Assembly (NCBI RefSeq): GCF_009914755.1 | Contig: NC_060947.1 | Strand: one strand, 5' to 3' | Source of the DNA: the human T2T-CHM13v2.0 reference genome, Homo sapiens | DNA length: 64,000 nucleotides | Shown here: piece by piece, positions 1-12,378 of the stretch | How positions within the stretch are numbered: position 1 is the first letter of the stretch | Layout: every line of letters begins with the position of its first letter | Program-made: the position numbers and the translations under genes | The notes under the pieces: model-generated | Told to the model about the DNA's origin: nothing | The model's input: only the letters and a program-made list of their open reading frames with translations | Database searches by the model: none

Positions 1-393
1 GCTAAAGACACGAGTTAAAAATATAAATATATTGTTTTCTGGAAATACTGTACTTGAAACACGTCTCAAAATACTAGTTATTTTTACCTTTTGTTTTAAA
101 CATATGGTTTTGCTTGTCTCTCTGTTACTTCTAATTGCCATATGGATGCCTATAGTAGGTACAAAAAATGCTAAGGAAAAATACATTTACTCTTACACAC
201 AAGGAAGACCCAGAATTCATGTTTCTCTGTAGTCAGGTACAATGTATTTTGTGGGATGACAACTCCAGGTTAAATCGAGCGTTTGCTTAGAAAAGCTGCA
301 TCCACGCTAGTCAATTACACTTCCTCCGCTGCCTTCGACGGTAAGTAAAGTAGCTGCACTTGTGCACATGTAAGTACCAGCCGTCCGTCCGTG

Positions 394-647
394 GGCTGGC
401 CGCGGTGGCTCACACTTCTAATTCCAGCACTTTGGGAGGCTGAGGTGGGTGGATCACCTGGGGTGAGGAGTTTGAGACCACTTCCCTTTCCTCCTCGCCT
501 TTCTCCTCCTCCTTCTCTGAACCCCAGTCAGCCTGACCAACATAGTGAAACCCCATCTTTACTAAAAATACAAAATTAGCAGGGTGTGGTGGCACATGCC
601 TGTAATCCCAGCTACTTGGGAGGCTGAGGCGGGAGAATCACTGGAAC
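394..647 (+). mobile_element. AluS, 3'-truncated, with a ~50 bp foreign insert at 481-530
   Basis: Left arm GGCTGGCCGCGGTGGCTCAC...GAGACCA, then non-Alu pyrimidine-rich sequence, then GCCTGACCAAC...TACTAAAAATACAAAA. The right arm stops at GGAGAATCACTGGAAC. Confidence 0.9.
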
Positions 648-785
648 TTGTAAATACATTTACAAGAAAAACACTTGCCAAAATACTGCTTACAGAAACA
701 TTTTCTAGACATTGTGCTTTGAACTGTAAAAGTTTCTTCTCCCAAATTTCTCCACAAGGTTTATAGCAGTACTGGTTCATCTCTC

Positions 786-1079
<294 letters not shown>

Positions 1080-1249
1080 CAATTCATCTCTTAAGAGTTG
1101 CCCAGACTGAAAATATCGTGTGGCTTACATAACACACACGTAAATCCTGTCACTGAATCCTACCATTTTTTTTATTTGAGCTAGTTTTTTCTTTCTTATT
1201 TATACAGCTATTTGCTTCTGACCCTGAAAATAAGCTTTACAGGAAAAGA

Positions 1250-1787
1250 CAGAGAATAATCAAAATAAAACAGTGAAAAGTCCCAAAATCTTGGAGCATG
1301 CATAGTTGGTCCCTGCTTCCGGTCAGGGTGATAAGAAAGTCCGGGCACCTTTTCCTTTGATGCCAGCAGGAAATTTAAAACTAGCAAATCTACAGCCGCA
1401 TGACTCTGCTTTTGGCTGTAGTGGGAAATTTAAAACTTGTGATTCTCCAGCCTGCCTCCTTCTTTGGCATTGGTGGGAAATTTAAAACTGGCAACAAAAA
1501 TTGGTGCAGTTGAGAAATTTAAAACTTGCAAATCTACAGCCTGTGCGGCATTTTCACCAGCCCCACTTCCTAGATGCTATAAAGGCCCATCCAACTTCCT
1601 CTGCCTCTGAAACCAGCCCAGACCTGTTTGCAGCACCCAGCCCTCCCTCACTTACCCCCACTAGTCCCCAGGGTAATAAAATTTCTCTCAAATTCTCTTG
1701 TCATATCTAGTGTCACGAGTGTCCACATCCAACCTAAAATTACGAGGAGGAATGGTCAAACTGCCTCAGCAGGATGACCAGAAAACA
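1250..1787 (+). mobile_element. Old solo LTR (ERVL class, MER54/MER73/MER74/LTR53-like; family uncertain)
   Basis: TATAAA ~1578, AATAAA ~1675, end ...GGATGACCAGAAAACA resembling recalled ERVL LTR ends, and four internal GAAATTTAAAACT repeats. The 5' boundary is approximate. Confidence 0.5.
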
Positions 1788-2465
1788 CTTATACACCCAA
1801 ATTTCAATCTAACTTATTCTTTTTTTCGTGAAAAATACAGCCAAGAAGACCAGCGGGCTCTGGTCAGTTGACTGTTTGCAGACTCTGGTCAGCAAATTTT
1901 CTATCAAGATGAAAATTTGAGAAACTAAATAATAACAATAATTAAAAGGATGTCTGGTGAGAATGGAATTAACACATGGGAAATTGTTTGGGTGATTTTT
2001 AACTGTTCTTAAAACTCTTCCCCAGGCTTCTAGAAAACCACTCTATATTGGTTCTCTTGACTGGCTGGCCGTACGTTCTTTTTTATTTTTCAGCACTTCC
2101 AGTAAATGAGGGCTTACTCCTGTATAGGTTTTTCTGACAATTTTAAAAATTGAGACAAATTTACATGAAAAAAATCTACCATTTTGAAGTGTACAATAGA
2201 GTGATTTCTTATATATATTTACAGTATTGTGCAACCATCACTGCTATCTAATTCCAGAACATTTTCATTACCTCCCACCAAAAAACCTGCAAACCTATTA
2301 GTAGCCACTCCTAATTTCCTCCTATTTGTATCCTCTCACCAATCATTAATTAACGTTTTTTATCTATGGATTTGCCTATTCTGGATATCACATATAAATG
2401 TAATCATACAGTATGTAGTTTTTCATGTCTAGCTTCTTTCATTCACTATAATGTTTCTGAAGTAG

Positions 2466-2891
<426 letters not shown>

Positions 2892-3004
2892 TGATATTTC
2901 ATTGTACAAACATATCACTTTCTGTTTATCCATTCTTCAGTTGATGGACGTTTGGGTTGTTTCTGCTTTTGGGCTGTTATAAATAATGTAGCCATGAATA
3001 TCAG

Positions 3005-3372
3005 TGTATTAGTCTGTTCTCACACTGCTCTTAAGATATTACCTGAGATTGGGTGATTTATACACAAAGGAGATTTAATTGACTCACAGTTCCGCATGGC
3101 TGGGAAAGCCTCATGAAACTTATACCATGAAGGAAGAGAAAGCAGGCACCCTCTTTACAAGGTGGCAGGAGAGAGAAAGAGTGTGTGTAGGAGGAAATGT
3201 CAAACACTTATAAAACCATCAGATCTTGTGAGAACTCACTCATTATCATGAGAACAGCATGGGAGAAACTGCCCCTATGATCTAATCACCTCCCACCAGG
3301 TCTCTCCCTCAAAACCTGGGGATTACAATTCAAGATGAGATTTGGGTGGGGACACGAAGTCTAACCATATCA
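3005..3372 (-). mobile_element. MaLR solo LTR (THE1D/MSTA-like)
   Basis: TGTATTAGTC...AACCATATCA termini and internal AAAACCATCAGATCTTGTGAGAACTCACT. Confidence 0.9.
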
Positions 3373-3387
3373 ACTGGTGTACAAGAA

Positions 3388-3686
<299 letters not shown>

Positions 3687-3777
3687 GGTGTACAAGATTT
3701 TTAAAAAAGCTTTATGAAGATAAAGTTCACATAAGGTACAATTTATGCACTTAAGTGTGCAATTCAGTGGTTTTTAG

Positions 3778-4218
<441 letters not shown>

Positions 4219-5019
4219 CTACACAACTACTAGTCTACCTTTTGTCTGTGCAGATTTCCCTGTTCTTTATATTTCATATAAATGGAAGTATATAATATGC
4301 TGTCTTTTGTGACTGGCTTCTTTCCCTTAGCATAATGTTTTCAAGGTTCACTCACGTTGTAGCATGTGCTTATTTCCTTTTTATGGCTGAATAATATTCC
4401 ATTGCATGGCTATAGTATATTTTGTTTATTCATTTGTCAGTTGATGAACATTTGTGTTGTTTCCACTTTTGGGCTATTATGAATATTCCTGTGCAAATAT
4501 TTGGGTGAAAATATATTTTCAATTCTCTTTGTTATATAACTAGGAGTGTAATTGCTAAGCAATATGATAACTATAATTAACTTTTTGATGGACTGTTAAA
4601 CTTTTTCACCATGGCTGCACAGTTTTTCATTCCCACTAGGATTTATTATGATTCCAATTTCTCCACAAACTCACCAACACTTGCTATTTTCCATTTTTGT
4701 TTTTCTTATTTTGGTTATAGCCATCCTAATGAGTGTAAAGTAGTACCATGGTTTCTGCTGGCTTCTGATCTCAGAATTTCTGCCACTTCCTACAGTCAGT
4801 CCACTGGTCCCGGGTTTTACCCTTTGATCTGCTGTGGTGGGCCCACTTGTTCTCCATTCAACATCCGTGTTACACAGGAACTGGGAACAAGTCAGGGAAA
4901 CTAAACCTCAGATCTGCCATCTGCCTGAGCCTGAGGCATTTTCATTTTTATTTTGATATCACTGTGCTTTAGGATGGTACACAGAAGCCCAATAAACAGC
5001 CTCTTTCTAGAGCAAGATG

Positions 5020-5150
5020 GCATGGGTGAGGAGTTGGAGGAGGTAAAGGAAGAGAGGGGTTGGAGAGGACGGAGGAGAGGACGGGGGATGAGGATGAGAA
5101 GGGATAGAAGGAAGGAGAAGAGATAAGAAAGGATGGAGAGGAAGGGAGAA
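5020..5150 (+). repeat. Purine-rich (GA) low-complexity tract
   Basis: GGAGGAGG/GGAGAG/GAAGG runs. Confidence 0.8.
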
Positions 5151-5603
5151 TTATCCATGACCTGAAAAAGTTGAACCCCTTCCTCTAGTTACATTTCCAG
5201 TTTCTTTCCTGGCCTGAATTTGGGTGGAGCCTGATGCCCAAGGCAGGTGTTTTGTGTACATCTAGCAGCTATAATGTTACCAAGCACAGAGAAGTTTGAA
5301 GCAAGTCACATAGGAATATTTATTGGGCTTCCCAGGCAGCATCATGAAGTGGGCTGACAGATTGTGTTTTCAATTTACTCTACGTATTATTATTAAAAAG
5401 TCCTTAAGATTGTTGTTTTGTTTTCCTTTTTCTCAGTATGAGTATGGATCCTCAGTGGCTTTTGGTCAACTCATTCTCCTTCTGAATATGGAGACAGTTT
5501 GGAAGCAAATACACGAAGTGCTGAACCCCTAGTCATATGCCCTCAAAAGTGACATTGGCAAAATGTTAAAACTAACTCTTGTTATCTTTCTTTTAAATAT
5601 CTT

Positions 5604-5903
5604 GGTCAGGCGTGGTGGCTCATGCCTGTAATCCCAGCAGTTTGGGAGGGCAAGGTGGGAGGACCCTGAAGTCAGGAGTTTTGAGACCAGCCTGGCCAAC
5701 ATGGTGAAACCCTGTCTCTATTAAAAATACAAAAATTAGCTGGGCATGATGGTGGGTGCCTGTAATCTCAGCTACTTGGGAGGCTGAGGCAGGAGAATCA
5801 CTCGAACTGGGAGGTGGAGGTTGCAGTGAGCTGAAATGGCACCACTGCATTCCAGCCTGGGTGACAGAGTGAGACTCCATCTCAAATAAATAAATAAATA
5901 AAT
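5604..5903 (+). mobile_element. AluS with (AAAT)n tail
   Basis: Full dimer, TSD-like AAATATC. Confidence 0.95.
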
Positions 5904-6789
5904 ATCCCTTCCCATCTGGCATCCAAGAGCACATATCACTTCCCCACATTCTGCCTATCCACGTAAACTCCAAGTCCCCTAAACTCTCGTTGGCTGGAAT
6001 CTAAAAGTCTAAAAGTGCTAGAGTTTCCCCCTACTCACGTTAGAAGAGCTGACTATAGATATCTCTTCTTGACTTGTTCAGTTATGTCACGTTGGTAGGT
6101 TGAAACTTGCCATGATGAAAGTATTAACACCACAGGAAATCAACAAACACTACTAATGAGAGCTGGATTACCAGCATAAACCCCTGGTTGAATTCTATGG
6201 CTTCAGTCTCTATGGCCTAATGCTTAAGTAAAGGTGCCTCAGAAAGCTCCTCATATTCTTTTAAACCAAAGCAGCAATTCCATGTTTACATTTTGAGCTT
6301 CTACCTAATATTTTTTTGAAGAAAAGTTTCCACTGATATGAAATAAATGATAAACATTTGAAAGCTATTGTTCTAGGCCAAGCCACCAGTTTTGAAGATG
6401 TGTTCATGGAAACCTAGAAAGGTTAAAATAGTTATTCAACATCACACAAGGGACAAGAGAAAAAAGTCAGGGCAAGTACTGGGACCTAGGTTTCCTTAAT
6501 CCCAGTCCAGTGCTCTTCCCATCTGTACTTAATAATACTGCATTAAAATGTTTCCTGTTCTGTTTCTCATCCCATCAAAAATGGGTTTGTCAAATAGTCT
6601 GTCTAATAAAATAATCAACGTTCCCAGGAACGTATGTTTATTATGAGTGGGGCCTTCTAGAGAAAATGCCCCCTCAGAACACTTTAGTGAATGGAAGATA
6701 TTCACTTTAGTGAATGAAAGGAAAGAAAATAGGCAGGAGTAGAGATACCAGATATACACAAATGACAAAAATTGTGGATAAAAATTATA

Positions 6790-7010
6790 CAGCACTTATT
6801 GTGTGCAAAGCACTGTTCTCAGTACTTTATAAATATGAATTATTTCATACAACAACTCTATCAGTAAAGTACTCTTATTACCATCCCACTTTACAGATGG
6901 CACAGAGATATCAAATAAATTGTTGTCACAAAACTGGAAAGTGGTAAAACTAGGATTTTAACCCAGGCATTCTGGTTCTAGCATCTGGCATCTTAGCCAT
7001 TATGCTATCC
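6790..7010 (-). mobile_element. MIR
   Basis: Core motifs CCCACTTTACAGATG...GCACAGAGA and GGATTTTAACCCAGGCATTCTGG. Confidence 0.75.
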
Positions 7011-7135
7011 TGTCTCTTTAGGTGATCAATAAATATATGTCTCTTTAGGTGATCAAATAAATATAAATATATAGCTGATCAAAAAATATATATATATAAT
7101 TATACTATCCTGTCTCTTTAGGTGATCAATAAATA
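7001..7135 (+). repeat. 35 bp direct repeat flanking scrambled partial copies
   Basis: TAT(G/A)CTATCCTGTCTCTTTAGGTGATCAATAAATA at 7001-7035 and 7101-7135, with a third partial copy at ~7038. Confidence 0.9.
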
Positions 7136-8172
7136 AAGATAGTGAATGAATGAATAAGCATATAAATAGCATGAGACACCAAGATCGGAGGTTTTGGGGT
7201 GTGTTTTAAATAACAGAGGGAATATCACACCATGCTGTCTTCATGTAGAACCAAATATAAGTGAAATAGAGTAAGTAGCCAGTAGAATGTATCTCCCAGG
7301 AAGAAAAAGTCACTCCTATCAAAGGTTTGGTGGAAGAGATATGCTTAATCACCTGGGTCTCTAAGATTTCAATTAATGCCTTTCTATGCCTCTCACATTT
7401 CTGATTAAGCCACTTAGTGGTAGAGGACTCTTGAGCTAGTCCCAAGGATGATCAGGCCACTTATATAATTTCTAGGAAAAGAGAGTTTTCACACTCCTCT
7501 GGTAACTGTATACATAGATTGACTTAGCCTTTCAAAGCGAAAGGTTTAAATGTATGTAATCAGGACTTTGCATTATGCTATATGTCAGAGGAAAGGCACA
7601 AGTAAGTATGCAACATAGATGCTTCTCTTATGGCATTAACATCTGTTGGCAGGTTAGGCCCAAAACCCCAGAAATGATGAGTGAGCAATGCAAGAACATG
7701 TATAATCAACTATTAACTTTGTGTGGTTCAGACTGTCAAGTACAGAAAAAATTCACAGAAATGGAAAATTACAGCAGATGGAAGTAGACATGGAAGGCTT
7801 GCTCTTAAGCTTGAGTTTAGACCAAGCAGGATCTTGAAGGTTGAATACAATTTAATAAGGCAAAGAAGAGGCATTTCAGGTAAGAACAGTGACAGGAGAA
7901 AAGGTAAGGAGACAGAATTGAAAAGAATGCTTCTGTGAGACAATAATGGGACCAGTCTGATTAGAGGAAATGTTGTGTATGAGCAAGGCAGGAGAATGGG
8001 GTCTGGAGGCAGGGAACCTAAGGCCGTTTCCTGCTGACTTCCTAGAAATAAATTGAAAGGAAAACCCTAACTTTCCACGCCTAAGTAACAAGAGGACTAG
8101 AGGATACTCCCTTTGCAAACCTTTTCTGTGCAGCAGATGGAACATTGAAAGCACCTCTGATTGGTTGCTTTT

Positions 8173-8536
8173 TCTCAGGCCTCTGAGCCCAAGCCTGCAT
8201 GTATACATCCAGATGGCCTGAAGTAACTAAAGAATCACAAAAGAAGTGAAAATGGCCAGTTCCTGCCTTAACTGATGATATTACCTTGTGAAATTCCTTC
8301 TGGCTCAGAAGCTCCCCCACTGAGCACCTTGTGACCCCCGCCCCTGCCTGCTAGAGAACAACCTCCTTTGACTGTAATTTTCCGCTACCTGTCCAAATCC
8401 TGTAAAACTGCCCCACCCCTAACTCCCTTTTACTGACTCTCTTTTCGGACTCAGCCTGCCTGCACCCAGGTGATTAAAAAGCTTTATTGCTCACACAAAG
8501 CCTTTTGGTGGTCTCTTCACATGGACGCGCATGACA
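8173..8536 (+). mobile_element. HERV-H 5' LTR (LTR7 family, short ~365 bp form)
   Basis: TCTCAGGCCTCTGAGCCCAAGC...CGCATGACA; TATA box mutated to TGTAAAA (8401-8407); ATTAAA poly(A) signal. Confidence 0.95.
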
Positions 8537-8538
8537 TT

Positions 8539-8556
8539 TGGTGCCATGACTTGGAT
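8539..8556 (+). promoter_or_regulatory. Primer-binding site, tRNA-His
   Basis: TGGTGCCATGACTTGGAT versus canonical TGGTGCCGTGACTCGGAT: two CpG-type changes. Confidence 0.93.
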
Positions 8557-9079
8557 TGGGGGACCTCCCTTGGGAGATCAATCCCCTGTCCTCCTGCTCT
8601 TTGCTCCGTGACAAAGATCTGCCTACGATCTTGGGTCCTCAGACCAACCAGCCCAAAGAACATCTCACCAATTTTAAATTGGGTAAGTGGCCTCTTTTTA
8701 CTCTCTTCTCCAACCTCTCTCACTATCCCTCTACCTCTTTCTTCTTTCAATCTTGGCACCACCCTTCAGTCTCTCCCTTCTCTTAATTTCAGTTCCTTTC
8801 CTTTTCTGGTAGAGACAGAGGAGATGCTTTTTATCCATGAACCCAAAACTCCGGCGCCAGCCACAGACTCGGGAAGACAGGCTTCCCTTGGTGTTTAATC
8901 ACTGTGGGGATGCCTGCCTGATTATTCACCCATGTTTCAGAGGTGTCTGATCACCGTGGGGACACCTGCCTTGATCCTTCACCTTAGTGGCAAGTACCAC
9001 TTTCCTAGGGGGCAAGTACCCCCCCACCCCTTCTCTCCATGTCTCTACCCTCTCTTTTCTCTGGGCTTGTCTCCTTCAC

Positions 9080-10220
9080 TATAGGCAACTTTCCACCCTC
9101 CATTCCTCCTTCTTCTCCCTTAGCCTGTGTTCTCAAGAACTTAAAACTTCTTCAACTCACACCTGACCTAAAACCTAAATGCCTTATTTTCTTCTGCAAT
9201 GCCACTCGACCCCAATACAAACTCGACAATGGTTCCAAATAGCCAGAAAACAGCACTTTTGATTTCTCCATCCTACAAGATCTAGATAATTCTTGTTGTA
9301 AAATGGGCAAATGGTCTAAGGTGCCTGACGTCCAGGCATTCTTTTACACATTAGCCCCTCCCTAGTCTCTGTTTCCAAAGCAATTCATCCCAAATCTTTC
9401 TTCTTTCCCTCCCGCCTGTTCCCTCAGTACCAACCCCAAGCATCGCTGAGTCTTTTCAATCTTCCTTTTCTACTGACCCATCTGACCTCTCCCCTCCTCC
9501 CCAGGCTGCTCCTCACCAGGCCGAGCCAGGTCTCAATTCTTCCTCAGCCTCCACTCCTCCACCCTATAATCCTCTATCACCTCCCCTCCTCACACCTGGT
9601 CTGGCTTATAGTTTCATTCTGCAACTAGCCCTCCCCGACCTGCCCAACAATTTCCTCTTAAAGAGGTGGCTGGAGCTAAAGGCATAGTCAAGGTTAATGC
9701 TCCTTTTTCTTTATCTAACCTCTCCCAAATCAGTTAGCATTTAGGCTTTTTCATCAAATATAAAAACCCAGCCCAGTTCATGGCTAGTTTGGCAGCAACC
9801 CTGAGACGCTTTATAGCCCTAGACCCTGAAAGGTCAGAAGGCTGTCTTATTCTCAATATGCGTTTTATTACCCAATCCGCTCTTGACATTAGAAAAAGCC
9901 CCAAAAATTAGATTCCAGCCCTCAAACCCCACAAACAAGACTTAATTAACCTCGCCTTCAAGGTGTACCATAATAGAAAAGAGTTACAATTACTTGCCTC
10001 TGCTGTGAGACAAAACCCAGCCACATCTCCAGCACACAAGAACTTCAGAACGCCTAAGCAACAGTGACCAGGCATTCCTCCAGGACCTCCTCCATCAGGA
10101 TCTTGCTTCAAGTGCCAGAAATCTGGCCACTGGGCCAAGGAATGCCTGCAGCCCAGGATTCCTCCTAAGCCATGTCCCATCTGTGTGGGACCCCACTGGA
10201 AATCGGACTGTCCAACTCAC
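9080..10220 (+). pseudogene. gag: HERV-H gag, decayed
   Basis: Matrix-like GNFPPSIPPSSPLACVLKNL in ORF 9039-9242; nucleocapsid [14 protein letters not shown]...[13 protein letters not shown] at ~10104-10211; several stops and frameshifts. Confidence 0.88.
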
Positions 10221-10628
10221 CAATCAAGCAAGTAATTACACTGAACCCCCTTGGGCGCTCTCTAATTGGATGTCCTGGGTCCTCCCAATTCCTAGTCCTT
10301 TAATACCTGTCTTTCTCCTTCTCTTATTCGGACCTTGTGTCTTCTGTTTAGTTTCTCAATTCATACAAAACTGTATCCAGGCCACCACCAATCATTCTAT
10401 ATGACAAATGTTTCTTCTAACAACCTCACAATATCACCCCTTACCACAAAATCTTCCTTCAGCTTAATGTCTCCCACTCTAGGTACCCACACTGCCCCTA
10501 ATCTTGCTTGAAGAAGCCCTGAGAAACATCGCCCATTATCTCTCCATACCACCCCCACAAATTTTTGCCACCCCAACACTTTACCACTATTTCTTTTTAT
10601 TTTTCTTATTAATATAAGAAGACAGGAA
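10221..10628 (+). pseudogene. env: HERV-H env TM C-terminal remnant and 3' UTR/PPT
   Basis: WMSWVLPIPSPLIPVFLLLLFGPCVFCLVSQFIQNCIQA (ORF 10183-10404), a gammaretroviral TM anchor. Confidence 0.85.
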
Positions 10629-10993
10629 TGTCAGGCCTCTGAGCCCAAGCCTGCACATATACATCCAGATGGCCTGAAGTAACTGAAGAATCACAAAAGA
10701 AGTGAAAATGGCCAGTCCTGCATTAACTGATGATATTACCTTGTGAAATTCCTTCTCCTGGCTCAGAAGCACCCCCACTGAGCACCTTATGACCCCCGCC
10801 CCTGCCCGCCAGAGAACAACCCCCTTTGACTGTAATTTTCCACTACCTACCCAAATCCTATAAAACTGCCCCACCCCTAACTCCCTTTGCTGACTCTCTT
10901 TTTGGACTCAGCCTGCCTGCACCCAGGTGATTAAAAAGTTTTATTGCCCACACAAAGCCTATTGGTGGTCTTTTCACACGGACACGCATGACA
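10629..10993 (+). mobile_element. HERV-H 3' LTR
   Basis: TGTCAGGCCTCTGAGCCCAAGC...CGCATGACA; intact TATAAAA 10859-10865; ~22 substitutions and 3 indels versus the 5' LTR. Confidence 0.96.
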
Positions 10994-11337
10994 CTTTCTG
11001 TAACCAATCAGACGTTTGCACAGGAGTGTGATCTTTGTAATTTCACTTCAGCCTCTGATTGTGGGCCACCACTCATTTATGAGGTACCAAGTGGCCAATG
11101 GGAAACCTCTAGCGGGTATTTGGACCTGAGAAGATTCTGTATCTGGGGCCCTTGAGCCACTGCTCAGGCCCGCTCCCACACTGTGGAGTGTACTTTCATT
11201 TTCAATAAATCTCTGCTTTTGTTCTGTAGTTGCTTCATTCTTTCCTTCCTTTGCTGTGCATTTTGTCTAATTCTTTGTTCAAAACGCCAAGAACCCTGGA
11301 CAACCTGCAGTCAAGACCCTCTACCAGTAACATATTT

Positions 11338-11355
11338 TGGCAAGCTGGCCAGGAG
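11338..11355 (+). promoter_or_regulatory. Primer-binding site, tRNA-Arg
   Basis: TGGCAAGCTGGCCAGGAG versus tRNA-Arg(ACG) complement TGGCGAGCCAGCCAGGAG (3 mismatches), 5 nt after the LTR end. Confidence 0.8.
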
Positions 11356-12378
11356 AAAGCAGGTCCAAAGTTTGGGATTTATTTTTCTCCTTTCCCCTTT
11401 TACATACAGGGAAATCTTTCTGTCTCTCTCTTTTCCTTTCTAACTCAGGACCCTCAGTAGGCAGCACCTAAGAATGCAGACAACTGCAACTTTCTGGCCA
11501 GGTCCACTCTCTGGTGAAACTGAAAGTCTTCCATGTGGAAGTGCCTGACCACCACCGCCTGGTTTGGGTAAGGGACCTGAGTCCTTTTCCTTGTTTTCGT
11601 TTTTCTGAGTCCTATTCCTTTCTTCCTTTTTCTGAGTTTTCTTTTTTCATTTTTCAGTCTTTCAGCGGCCTTTTCCTAGTAGCTCCTTGGTAATTGAGGG
11701 GAACTGGTTGGGTCCACTCTCCGTTGTTGTCTGAAGGCCAAGGAGAAAGCAGGGATGGCTGCCCTTCTCAGAAGGGGGAAAGACTCTTTTCTATCCTTTT
11801 CAGTGATAGTCCCTGATCCCTATGTGTGAAGCAATTGGCAGTGGCAGTTCATCCAGGGTGAACTCACACATGTTTCAGGCGACTTAAACCTCCTTTTCTT
11901 ATGCTAAATTCTTCCCTTCCCCCACTCGACTGGCTAAGGACAGAAAACCCACCTAGCTATGCCAAAAAAAAAAAAAAAAGGGTTATACTAGTCAGAGGGT
12001 CTGGGATTGTCCCAGGTAGTCTGTGGGGGGTGGGGAGGTTAATTCATGAAAGGGAATTTATTATTGCCTCAATTGAGAGTTAAAGGGTTGCTTTCAGTGG
12101 GATAGAAAATCCTTAAGGAAAGAAAGTTCACAATAGGTCCTCAGTGGTAGAGGGAACCATTCCAAAGTGGTGCTGCCATACATCTAAGGTCAGATATCTG
12201 ACAGGCTAAGTCAGGGCCTTTAAGGAGGGACGCCCTCAGGGAACCCAGCCTGGGCCCAGAATTTTTCCAAGGGGACACCCGGGCAAAATTTGGGTCACCT
12301 AGTGAGCCCTCCACTTTTCAAAGTCCTCTTTTCCAGACCACTAAGGGCAACTGTCAGTCTATTCCACCTGATTCCACT

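Larger units (their letters stand above)
8173..10993 (+). mobile_element. HERV-H provirus, internally deleted (2.8 kb)
   Basis: Two LTR7-type LTRs, His PBS, gag with two Cys-His boxes, env 3' remnant, PPT AAGAAGACAGGAA. TSD CTTTT/CTTTC (8168-8172 and 10994-10998). Confidence 0.96.
7984..11332 (+). mobile_element. 5' LTR (MER51-type), split by HERV-H into 7984-8172 and 10994-11332
   Basis: Both halves align colinearly with the 3' LTR (18175-18689), roughly 9% different by hand. Ends ...CAGTAACA; AATAAA at ~11204. Confidence 0.92.

Noticed and set aside
1369-1541. CRISPR-like repeat-spacer pattern
   Set aside because: Primate DNA, 13 bp core, uneven spacing, mutually similar spacers, no cas genes; LTR enhancer repeats.
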